A stretch of 64,000 nt of DNA from an uncultured Desulfovibrionaceae bacterium (GTDB lineage: Bacteria > Desulfobacterota > Desulfovibrionia > Desulfovibrionales > Desulfovibrionaceae), in NCBI GenBank assembly GCA_942492085.1, contig CALODB010000007.1:16030-80029 (forward strand), given 5' to 3'. Shown here one piece after another: positions 55,638 to 64,000 of this stretch (positions are counted from its first letter, which is position 1; each line of letters starts with the position of its first letter). The notes below the pieces were generated by a model. That model was not told the origin of the DNA. It was given only the letters and a program-made list of their open reading frames with translations, and made no database searches. Position numbers and translations under genes: made by a program.

Positions 55638-56644
55638 CGTACCGCTCTCCTTTCAAGGTACTGAATTGCCACTGAAAGAGCAAAAGTCAGTACAAGGTAC
55701 ATAATGGTACAGGAAATCCACAGCTCATATGACATTAGTGATGAACTGATAACTTCACGGGTAGCCTTAGTAAGCTCTCGCACAGCAATTACACCGAGCA
55801 ATGAAGAGTCTTTAATAAGGCTAATAAACTGCCCCGCAAGCGGAGGAAGAATGCGACGGAATGCCTGTGGAAGAATAACCTTACGCATTGCCTGTGCGCC
55901 GCTTAAACCCAGTGCACGTGCAGCTTCGCTCTGACCGCGATGTACAGACTGAACACCTGCTCGTACGATTTCTGCTACGTATGCACCGGTAAAAATAGCC
56001 AACGCAAACACACCGTACCATAAAGCAGGAATGGGGTTCAAACCAACTTTATCAAGCATAGCGTTGATAAGAGAACCGGCAACAAAGTACCAAAGGAAAA
56101 TCTGAACAAGTAATGGCGAACCACGGATAAGTTCAACATACGTGATTGCAAGCCAGCGCATACAAGGGTTTTCCGAAATTCGCATCAGGCCGGAAAGAAT
56201 TCCCACGATAATGCCAAGGATAATCGCAAGCATGGAGACTTTTAGAGTTACGTATGTTGCTTCAACCAAAATACCAGGTTTACTTACACGATACTCTGCC
56301 AGAGTATCTCCCATATATACGTAATCACCTTCAGCCATTATAATATTTGAACGAGCCGGCAACTTAACGACTTCGTCGTGGTTACCATCTTGAACAACAA
56401 GAGTGTATCCTGCGGCTGTTTTATCAACTTTAACCAGCTCGCCTTCTGCTTCAGAACGAACTTCAATACTTTTATCAAGCCAGAAATACTGAGGCACCTG
56501 TTCCCAGCGCCAGTTGTAATCTACAAAATCTGCAGCAGCGTAAATAAAGCCGACACCAAGCAGGCAAATTGCCACAAACATGGTTTTCCAAAACAGGAAA
56601 TAGCCCGGCTTTTTAGGACGATCAAGTCCTGTATAATTCATCAT
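55634..56644 (-). CDS. Polar amino-acid ABC transporter permease with an extracytoplasmic insert of about 100 aa near the N-terminus
   Basis: HisM/GlnP-type core ([26 protein letters not shown]) preceded by one TM and a soluble segment. Confidence 0.85.
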   Translation of the reverse strand: MMNYTGLDRPKKPGYFLFWKTMFVAICLLGVGFIYAAADFVDYNWRWEQVPQYFWLDKSIEVRSEAEGELVKVDKTAAGYTLVVQDGNHDEVVKLPARSNIIMAEGDYVYMGDTLAEYRVSKPGILVEATYVTLKVSMLAIILGIIVGILSGLMRISENPCMRWLAITYVELIRGSPLLVQIFLWYFVAGSLINAMLDKVGLNPIPALWYGVFALAIFTGAYVAEIVRAGVQSVHRGQSEAARALGLSGAQAMRKVILPQAFRRILPPLAGQFISLIKDSSLLGVIAVRELTKATREVISSSLMSYELWISCTIMYLVLTFALSVAIQYLERRAVR

Positions 56645-56857
56645 CTGCGTATCCTTATCTCAACACGTTACAAACAAGTTCCATAAAACAGTAAACCTTC
56701 CGACTTCATATCACACCGTGTATACCACAGCGGGTCATGAAATCAGAAGGAAGCTTTGTATGTCTTTTAATATCTATACTGTCCCTGTATTACAGGAGAG
56801 CGTGACAGCGGAATAAAAGGGATCGGCCAAAACCGACCCCTTAGTAGACAAAAAAAA

Positions 56858-57679
56858 CTATTTCTTCAACTGGGATTTCCAAGCTTCAGAGCGGAACCAT
56901 TTGTCGTAAAGACGCTGGTAACGACCATCGTTTTTGAACTGGAAAATGAAGTTGTTAAGGAAGTTAGCGAAATCAGGATCGCCCTGTTTGTAACCAATTG
57001 CCATAGGCTCAAAGGTGAAAGGATCGTTAAGTACGAAAACTTTGCCTTTACCCTGAACAGACGCGATGTTTTCGAGAGCAGGAATGTCGAAAACAAAAGC
57101 ATCAGCACGACCGGAAATAACTTCCATGCCGCAGTCTACTTCTTTCTCAAAAGATTTGTAGGTTGCTTTTGGCAGGTATTTTTTAACAGCTTCTTCACCG
57201 GTAGTACCAAGGCGGGAAACAACAACGTACTTAGGATCATTCAACTCTTTGTAACGAGCAATTTTACCCTGAAGTTTGTTGGAAACCATAACGCCCTGAC
57301 CCATGAGGAAGTATGCATCGGAGAAACCGATCTGCAAGTTACGCTGCTGGGTAAGAGTCATACCGGAGATGATAACATCAAATTTATTAGAGAGCAGTGA
57401 AGGAATGATACCGTCAAAATCGGTGTTTACCGGCACAAATTTCACGCCCATAGCTTTTGCGAGCTCTTTACCGAGATCGATATCAAAACCGATGTAGCGA
57501 CCACTTTTGTCAGTAATCTCAAAAGGAGCATAACTTGCGTCAAAACCAACGCGGAGTTCGCCACTTTTAAGAATTTTGTTGATTGTGGACTGCTTAGCAA
57601 TATCAATATCAGCCGCAGAAGCTGGTGCAGCAAGCATTAAAGTTAATGCGAGCACCATAAGTACTTTTACAAATTTCAT
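56858..57679 (-). CDS. Polar amino-acid ABC transporter substrate-binding protein
   Basis: Signal peptide and the family-3 SBP pattern (LRVGFDASYAPFE, GFDIDL, DVIISGMT). Confidence 0.88.
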   Translation of the reverse strand: MKFVKVLMVLALTLMLAAPASAADIDIAKQSTINKILKSGELRVGFDASYAPFEITDKSGRYIGFDIDLGKELAKAMGVKFVPVNTDFDGIIPSLLSNKFDVIISGMTLTQQRNLQIGFSDAYFLMGQGVMVSNKLQGKIARYKELNDPKYVVVSRLGTTGEEAVKKYLPKATYKSFEKEVDCGMEVISGRADAFVFDIPALENIASVQGKGKVFVLNDPFTFEPMAIGYKQGDPDFANFLNNFIFQFKNDGRYQRLYDKWFRSEAWKSQLKK

Positions 57680-57722
57680 CCCTATTCTCCCATAATAGAT
57701 AAAAAACTATAACCACTAAGAG

Positions 57723-57890
57723 TTAGTATTTCCCTTCGGTCAAAACTTCCTTAATGACCATCTCCCGCCTGCACTTGTCGCATTTCGGCATTGGCTCTTC
57801 GGGAACAGCGATAATTTGAGTTCTACGGCATGTAGGACATACAACCTCAACGAACTCACGCTTATAACGATCTTTAAGTACTCGTCCCAT
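57723..57890 (-). CDS. Small zinc-ribbon protein (55 aa)
   Basis: AAGGAG lies 10 nt upstream of the ATG at 57890. Two CxxC pairs (CPTCRR, CDKCRR). The longer 88-aa ORF has no RBS support. Confidence 0.55.
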   Translation of the reverse strand: MGRVLKDRYKREFVEVVCPTCRRTQIIAVPEEPMPKCDKCRREMVIKEVLTEGKY

Positions 57891-58404
57891 ACCTACTAAC
57901 TCCTTACAGAGAAAATGACACTTGAGCATTACGCCAAAGGCATTCCCTTCAACATGTTTAACATATATGTAAAACTTAAATAAAATCAAGCTTCACATAA
58001 CTGCCTTTCTGCTTCAAGTCATTCTTCAATGGTTAACCAAATAAAAGCCACATCGGATTCCCTCCTAGTATACTGCAATTATACACTTACGATAAGTACA
58101 GGAACTAGGTCCGACACCGGCGGCAACGGCTGTTTCCCGCAGCTTGGTTGCCGATTGATATGTGTAGTATATTCACTCCCTAACGTCCACTCCAAAACGC
58201 GTTGATCCGCATTATTCTTGCGCTGGAGCAGGCTTGATTCGTTTTATTCTACATCAAGCTGTCTCGTACCATGTCTCACTATGTGTTGAATTGACAGTAT
58301 GCACTCTCGAGCATATTGCCCTCGTGACTTTTCGATGCTGTTAGCTGCAACGTCCTGTTCTAAACAGCACATTTTTTTATGAACGATCCCATTGCGGAGG
58401 ACAC

Positions 58405-59775
58405 ATGTCACAAGTACTTTTGAGCAATGCGCTCATTCTTTCCATGAACGAAAATCGAGAAATGTTCGTCAACGGCGACATTCTTATTACTGATGACCGC
58501 ATTACTGCCATCGGCGCAATAGCTCCGCACGACCTTACTCCTGATGCAGAAGTTATTGACTGCACAGACTCCATCGTTATTCCCGGCCTAATCAACACAC
58601 ACGTACATTTATGTCAGCAATTAGGGCGTGGGCTCGGTGATGACGTTGATCTTCTCACATGGCTGCATGAGCGCACCTGGCCATATGAGTTGGCTATGAC
58701 CGAAGAAGACGTAGAAATTTCCGCTCTTGCCTGTTGTGCAGAGCTTATCCGCTCCGGTGTCACCTGCTTTGCAGAACCGGGAGGACAGCATGTTGATGCA
58801 ATGGGACGTGCCGTCACCAAAGCCGGTATCCGCGGTATCCTTGCCCGTTCCACTATGGACTGTGGCGAAGGCATCCCAGAAGACAGACAGGAAACAACAG
58901 ACGAAACTCTCAATATTCAGCTCGACCTCATCAAACGTTGGAACGGTGCCGAAAATGACCGTATCCGCTGTTGGTTCGGATTACGCACGATCTTCAATAA
59001 CTCCGATGAACTTATCGTACGCACAAAAAAACTTGCAGATGAGCTGAATGTCGGCGTCCACATGCACGTGGCTGAGATCAAAGCTGAAGTAGAATTTGTC
59101 CGTGAAACACGTGGCGAAACAACGGTTGAACATCTCGCAAAGCTCGGTGTACTCGGTCCTAACTTTCTTGCAGTGCATACCGTATGGCTGACAGAAAATG
59201 AAATAGCCCTCTTTGCCAAGCACGATGTAAAAGTATCCCACAACCCGGGTGCAGCCATGCGCGTATTAGGCTTTGCTCCAGTGCCGGAAATGCTTGAGCA
59301 AGGAATATGCGTCACCATTGCAACAGACGGTGCACCGTGCAACAACCGCATGGACATGTTGGACGAACTGTACCTTACAGCACTTATCCATAAAGGTCGC
59401 ACCCTCGATCCAACGACTGTTCCTGCAGAAACCATTCTGGAAATGGCAACAGTCAACGGGGCAAAGGCACTACTTTGGGAAGATCAGATCGGCTCACTCA
59501 GCGTTGGTAAAAAAGCTGACCTTGCTATCATCAAGCCATCACTTATGCCTGGCTCAGTTCCTGTGCACGACCCTGTATCCAGCCTTGTCTACTCCATGCA
59601 TTCAACAAACGTTACCCACACCATGTGTGACGGTAAATGGTTGATGAAAGACAAAGAGATTCTTACCTTTGATGAAAAAACATTGCTAAAAGAAGCACAG
59701 CAACACGCAGACTCCATCAGAGAGCGGGCAGGCATTACGCTCAAACCGCGCTTCCCCGTTGTCCACGTTCGATAA
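58405..59775 (+). CDS. Amidohydrolase of the MtaD/SsnA/chlorohydrolase family (5-methylthioadenosine/S-adenosylhomocysteine deaminase-like)
   Basis: GGAGG RBS. VIPGLINTHVHLCQQLGRGLGDDVDLLTWLHERTWPYE matches the MtaD-family metal-binding and substrate region. HxH, and later HVAE, HTVW and TDGAP motifs. Confidence 0.75.
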   Translation: MSQVLLSNALILSMNENREMFVNGDILITDDRITAIGAIAPHDLTPDAEVIDCTDSIVIPGLINTHVHLCQQLGRGLGDDVDLLTWLHERTWPYELAMTEEDVEISALACCAELIRSGVTCFAEPGGQHVDAMGRAVTKAGIRGILARSTMDCGEGIPEDRQETTDETLNIQLDLIKRWNGAENDRIRCWFGLRTIFNNSDELIVRTKKLADELNVGVHMHVAEIKAEVEFVRETRGETTVEHLAKLGVLGPNFLAVHTVWLTENEIALFAKHDVKVSHNPGAAMRVLGFAPVPEMLEQGICVTIATDGAPCNNRMDMLDELYLTALIHKGRTLDPTTVPAETILEMATVNGAKALLWEDQIGSLSVGKKADLAIIKPSLMPGSVPVHDPVSSLVYSMHSTNVTHTMCDGKWLMKDKEILTFDEKTLLKEAQQHADSIRERAGITLKPRFPVVHVR

Positions 59776-59781
59776 CATAAG

Positions 59782-59816
59782 AAAAGCCCATGTGATTATT
59801 CACATGGGCTTATTTG
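59782..59816. terminator. Bidirectional terminator
   Basis: Perfect 12-bp stem AAGCCCATGTGA / TCACATGGGCTT between convergent genes. Confidence 0.85.
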
Positions 59817-59965
59817 CAGAATAGGGCTCGAGGAGAACGTAACAACTAGGGGGAGCGTTACTATCCCTATTACTGCAGGGTGCATGGTAGGAAACAAATT
59901 TTACGGCTCAAATTAATTAGGAAGCCTTTATCAGGGCGTACCCGCAAAGGCACGCCCTTCATATA

Positions 59966-62900
59966 TTACGCTACCTGTTCACGGATCTTGAACAGAATGA
60001 CGTACAGTGTCGGCACTACAATCAGTGTCAACACTGTTGCAAAGGTAAGACCTGCCATAATGGTTACTGCCATAGATACAAAGAATGCATCGGCAAGCAA
60101 CGGAAGCATACCAAGCACTGTTGTACTGGCTGCCATCATTACAGGACGAACACGACTTACAGAGGCGTCTAGTACTGCTGTAAACGGCTCTTTACCTTCA
60201 CGGATTTGCAGGTTGATTTCATCCAGCAACACAATTGCGTTTTTAATGAGCATCCCCATGAGGCTCAGGAAACCAAGCAGAGCCATAAAGCCGAATGGCT
60301 GGCCTGCACCCAGCAGTCCCCAGGCTACACCGATAATTGCCAGTGGAACTGTGAGCCAAATAATTAACGGTTCTCTTAAGGAGTTAAAGAGCGCAATAGT
60401 GATGATGATCATCATTACAATGGTTGTAGGGATGGTTGCAAATAAACCAGCCTGCGCATCGGTAGAATCTTCATACTCACCGCCCCACTCCATAGTGTAG
60501 CCGGCCGGAAGCTTGATTGATTCAATCTGCGGACGCATTTCTTCAAACAACACCGTCGGAAGCCCAACTTTAGCTTCACACGCAACGGTAATAGTGAGTT
60601 TTCTGTTACGTCTATGTAATGCGTTATTTTTAAATTCAGTTTTATATTCTGAAACAAGCTGTCCCAGTGGAACCATGCTGTTTGAAACTTTGCTGAAAAC
60701 CTGCACTGAATTCACAGATCCCACATCAGAACGTTCGTTTTCCGGCGGACGTACAACAATTGGAAGTAATGTGTCGCCATCACGATATATTCCGACTGGC
60801 ATCCCGACGTAGGCAGACTTCAACGCTGTCGCGATATCAGGACGGTCTAACCCTGCACGACGTACAGCCTGTTCGTTGAGAACTGGAACAACAACTTTTG
60901 CTTTCTGACGCCAGTTATCACGGATGCCGCGAGCGTTACTGTTTTCACTGAATACATTCTGAGCTTCACGAGAAAGCGCACGAAGAACTTCTGGATCCGG
61001 ACCGGAGAAACGCACCTCAATAGGGTCATCTCGTCCCGGGCCTAGGCGTACTTTTTTGAACTTAAAGAACGCTTCAGGAAACGTCTCACTCGTATAATCT
61101 CTGTAATCTTCAATCATCGCCGGAATATCGTGGTAATCTTTGATTGTCACAATAATCTGGCCGTAATTCGGATAATTTTGCTCCGGGGTGTAAACCAGCA
61201 TGAAACGAGGAGCACCGGCGCCTACAAAGGTAGTGGTGAACGTTACACGCTCATCCTGTGCCAGTTTTTTCTCAAGCACTTTCAAGTCATTGCTAACAGA
61301 ACTTATGTCAGAACCTTCCGGTTTCCATATATCAATGAAGAACTGTGGCTGAGTCGATGCCGGAAAGAACATCTGATCAACATACTTCATGGCGTAGCCG
61401 GAAGCGAAAAGCATTGCGACCAGTATGCCAACAGTTACCCAGCGATGCCTCAAACATGCTCTCAGGCTGTTACGGTACGCCCTGAACAAGAAGCTGCCAT
61501 ATGGATCGACCTCTGCTCCGTTGTTACTCTTATGCAAAAACATCTCACAAAAGAGCGGCGTAATGGTCAGTGCAGTTACCCAACTGAGCATCAAAGAAAT
61601 AAGCAATACCCAGAACAAAGAACCACAGTATTCGCCTGTTCCGTCAGAAGACAAACCAATCGCAGCAAAAGCCAGAACAGCGACTACGGTTGCCCCAAGG
61701 AGCGGCCACATATTCTGCGCAACAACACTGCGTGCTGCCGCTATCTTATCTTCCCCTTGCTGGATACGTATGAGCATGCCTTCCGTGACAACAATGGCGT
61801 TATCTACCAGCATCCCCAGCGCAATGATCAACGCACCGAGCGAAATCCTCTGTAGCTGAATGTCCATCATTTTCATGAAAATAAATGAACCACAAACAGT
61901 AATCAAAAGGACTGCACCAATGAGCAAGCCACTCCGCAGTCCCATGAAAATCATAAGAATTGCAATTACAATCCCCACAGCTTCAAGCAAGCTGATTGCA
62001 AAACCATCAACAGCTTTAGTTACGTAGTCTGGCTGAAAGTAAACAGGCTTGATTTCAAAACCAACGGGCGTTGTGCTGTCTAATGCGGCAATACATTTGG
62101 TAACACGTTCACCAAGATCAACAATGTTACCGCCTGAAGCCAGAGAAACACCGACAGCAAGGGAGCGAGTACCATCCTGTCGCATAATATTTGTAGAAGG
62201 TTCAATATATCCACGTGTAATGGTCGCAAGATCCTGCAAATATACTAATTTTCCAGTGGCTTTATCCGTTACGTAAATATCACCAAGTGCTTCGACAGAA
62301 GTAATTCCGCCGGATGGAGATATGCGAATATATTCAGAGCCAACGTGGACATTACCAGCATCGGAAACTAGGTTACGCTGCTTAAGAGCATCAAGAATGG
62401 ACTGAGCAGACACACCGAGCTGACGCAATTTTGCGCGCGGCATCTCAATAAACACAGCCTCTTGTTGTTCGCCCCAAACGGTGACTTTTGCGACATCTTT
62501 AATAAGGAGCAGTTCCTTACGTAAAAATGTTACGTAATCCTGCAATTCTTTATACGAGTATCCGTCTGCGGTTACGGAATATAGGATCCCGTACACGTCA
62601 CCGAAATCATCAACGACCACAGAAGAATTAGCTCCAGGAGGCAAATGACCTTGAGTATCGCCAACTTTTCTTCGTAATTCATCCCATACCTGAGGCAGGG
62701 TTTCTTTGTCATAGCTGTCTTTAATTTCGACAGTAATAATGGATTTTCCCGGAATAGATACGGATGTAACCTTATCGAGCTGTCCAAGCTGCTGAATAGA
62801 ACTTTCCAGTCTATCGGTAACTTCTTCGGTGACTTCTTCTGCTGTAGCGCCCGGATATGTGGTAATTACCAGAGCCTGTTTGATAGTAAATTCCGGATCT

Positions 62901-63007
62901 TCTAATCGCCCCATGGACTGGTATGCGAAAAGCCCCCCAACAATAAGTACTACAGTGATAGTAAGCGTAGTAACGCGCTTACTAATCGCCCATTCTCCAA
63001 GACTCAT
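59966..63007 (-). CDS. RND-family efflux transporter permease (AcrB/HAE1-like)
   Basis: 1013 aa, 12-TM RND architecture with two large periplasmic loops, conserved TM4 region (LGALIIALGMLVDNAIVV). Confidence 0.92.
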   Translation of the reverse strand: MSLGEWAISKRVTTLTITVVLIVGGLFAYQSMGRLEDPEFTIKQALVITTYPGATAEEVTEEVTDRLESSIQQLGQLDKVTSVSIPGKSIITVEIKDSYDKETLPQVWDELRRKVGDTQGHLPPGANSSVVVDDFGDVYGILYSVTADGYSYKELQDYVTFLRKELLLIKDVAKVTVWGEQQEAVFIEMPRAKLRQLGVSAQSILDALKQRNLVSDAGNVHVGSEYIRISPSGGITSVEALGDIYVTDKATGKLVYLQDLATITRGYIEPSTNIMRQDGTRSLAVGVSLASGGNIVDLGERVTKCIAALDSTTPVGFEIKPVYFQPDYVTKAVDGFAISLLEAVGIVIAILMIFMGLRSGLLIGAVLLITVCGSFIFMKMMDIQLQRISLGALIIALGMLVDNAIVVTEGMLIRIQQGEDKIAAARSVVAQNMWPLLGATVVAVLAFAAIGLSSDGTGEYCGSLFWVLLISLMLSWVTALTITPLFCEMFLHKSNNGAEVDPYGSFLFRAYRNSLRACLRHRWVTVGILVAMLFASGYAMKYVDQMFFPASTQPQFFIDIWKPEGSDISSVSNDLKVLEKKLAQDERVTFTTTFVGAGAPRFMLVYTPEQNYPNYGQIIVTIKDYHDIPAMIEDYRDYTSETFPEAFFKFKKVRLGPGRDDPIEVRFSGPDPEVLRALSREAQNVFSENSNARGIRDNWRQKAKVVVPVLNEQAVRRAGLDRPDIATALKSAYVGMPVGIYRDGDTLLPIVVRPPENERSDVGSVNSVQVFSKVSNSMVPLGQLVSEYKTEFKNNALHRRNRKLTITVACEAKVGLPTVLFEEMRPQIESIKLPAGYTMEWGGEYEDSTDAQAGLFATIPTTIVMMIIITIALFNSLREPLIIWLTVPLAIIGVAWGLLGAGQPFGFMALLGFLSLMGMLIKNAIVLLDEINLQIREGKEPFTAVLDASVSRVRPVMMAASTTVLGMLPLLADAFFVSMAVTIMAGLTFATVLTLIVVPTLYVILFKIREQVA

Positions 63008-63012
63008 GACAG

Positions 63013-64000
63013 CTATTCTCCAATCTCGCCCTGCAGCACTCGCACAGGTTGTCCTTCTTTAAGGTAGTGCACACCTGCCGTCACAACCTGCATGCCAAAA
63101 TCAAGACCTGATTTCAGAATATACTGATCCTGCAACATGTCTCCAAGTTCAACAGAAACACGCTTTACGGTGTTATCCTTCTGAACAATCCATACAAACG
63201 GCGAATTTTCTTTATCTACAGCAACGGCATTAACCGGTACGCGGATGCCTTCGGCTTCGCTGTTTATATTACCCGGCAAGTACCCGATAACCTCTGCGGT
63301 CATACCGGAATAGATGCTCACGCCATCAGGCTGAGGCAAGGAAACTGTTACAGTGTAAGTACGGGTTTGTTCGTTAGCAGTCGTCTCAAATTCTTTAAGT
63401 TCACCTTGGAAAAGTTTGTCAGGCATTGCTGCAAAACGAACAAAAGGTTTTTTAAGCATTGAAGCATTTGCCTGAAGAATAGCAATAACCAACTCAGGAA
63501 CCTCAACTTCTACATCAAGGCTTTGAACATCATCCAAACGGGCGATACGCTGCTGCGCCTGCACGTTTTCAAAGTTTTTTACGTATGTCTGTGCAACAAC
63601 ACCATCAAATGGCGCACGAAGCACTGTATATTCTAAATTAAGACGAGCCTGTTCGCGCTGCTGCTCAAGCTGTTTTACCTGTGCTCGTGCATTTTCAAAA
63701 GCACTATGCGCGCTGTCATATGTTGCCTTGGAAACAATATCGTCCTTCAGCAGCACGGAGTTGCGTTTAAAATTGAGAACTGCCTCTTGTAAAGATGCAC
63801 GGGCTCCGAGCAGCTGTGAATCCAACCCACGTAACTGAGTCTGAAAATCACTGGTATCTAAAGTAGCAATCACCTGTCCGCGTTTTACACGCTCACCGGC
63901 TTTTACAACAATTTCATTAAGCTGACCTGCAACGCGAAAGCCAATTTCAGCTTTCTCACCAGCAACTACAGTACCCGGAAAAGCACGTTCAACAAACTCA
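63013..64000 (-). CDS. RND efflux periplasmic adaptor (membrane fusion protein), 5-prime end outside the window
   Basis: The reading frame stays open to the window edge (..GTVVAGEKAEIGFRVAGQLNEIVVKAGERVKRGQVIATLD..), with coiled-coil and beta-barrel MFP pattern. It ends 5 nt before the RND gene. Confidence 0.85.
   Translation of the reverse strand, partial: EFVERAFPGTVVAGEKAEIGFRVAGQLNEIVVKAGERVKRGQVIATLDTSDFQTQLRGLDSQLLGARASLQEAVLNFKRNSVLLKDDIVSKATYDSAHSAFENARAQVKQLEQQREQARLNLEYTVLRAPFDGVVAQTYVKNFENVQAQQRIARLDDVQSLDVEVEVPELVIAILQANASMLKKPFVRFAAMPDKLFQGELKEFETTANEQTRTYTVTVSLPQPDGVSIYSGMTAEVIGYLPGNINSEAEGIRVPVNAVAVDKENSPFVWIVQKDNTVKRVSVELGDMLQDQYILKSGLDFGMQVVTAGVHYLKEGQPVRVLQGEIGE

Overview
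This 64-kb window looks like ordinary chromosome from a Desulfovibrionaceae-like, sulfate-reducer-type deltaproteobacterium. That placement is inferred from gene content only: two rubrerythrins, HypAB, sigma54/NtrC signalling, a Cache-type MCP, an HD-GYP protein and UbiD/UbiA-type quinone genes. No database search was possible. I support about 57 protein genes, one IS30-family insertion sequence, many clean rho-independent terminators and a few regulatory sites. I saw no rRNA, tRNA or CRISPR array.

Gene content from left to right:
- A sigma54-driven five-gene signalling cassette (HK, repeat protein, CheY, HK, NtrC).
- A GntR-led operon encoding two Tat-signal proteins, a Trp-rich polytopic membrane protein and an N-terminally extended COG0523 metallochaperone.
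- A PAS/GAF-like protein, an IS30 element, and the FetAB-like iron exporter.
- An MCP, an FAD monooxygenase, a BASS transporter, a rhodanese and a SIMPL protein.
- PhnDCEE plus a HAD phosphatase.
- Three tandem secreted lipocalin-like paralogs and a disordered Met/Asp/Lys-rich lipoprotein.
- A YciI-like protein, an Fe-S protein and topoisomerase III.
- Two rubrerythrin paralogs that share a duplicated promoter and operator.
- A UbiD-family decarboxylase and a eukaryote-type UDP-glucose pyrophosphorylase.
- CopA and CopZ.
- An AMIN-domain protein and two tandem TPR paralogs.
- HypA, HypB and an Mrp/NBP35 fusion.
- An EptA-like transferase.
- A mogA-like / HD-GYP / UbiA-like operon.
- An amino-acid ABC transporter.
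- An MtaD-like amidohydrolase.
- An RND efflux pair, truncated at the right edge of the window.

The best candidate for an undescribed system is the GntR / small Tat protein / membrane protein / Tat-exported MBL-fold enzyme / COG0523-fusion operon at 6734-12295. All functional calls rest on motifs I recognised by eye in the translated ORFs and need confirmation by profile searches.
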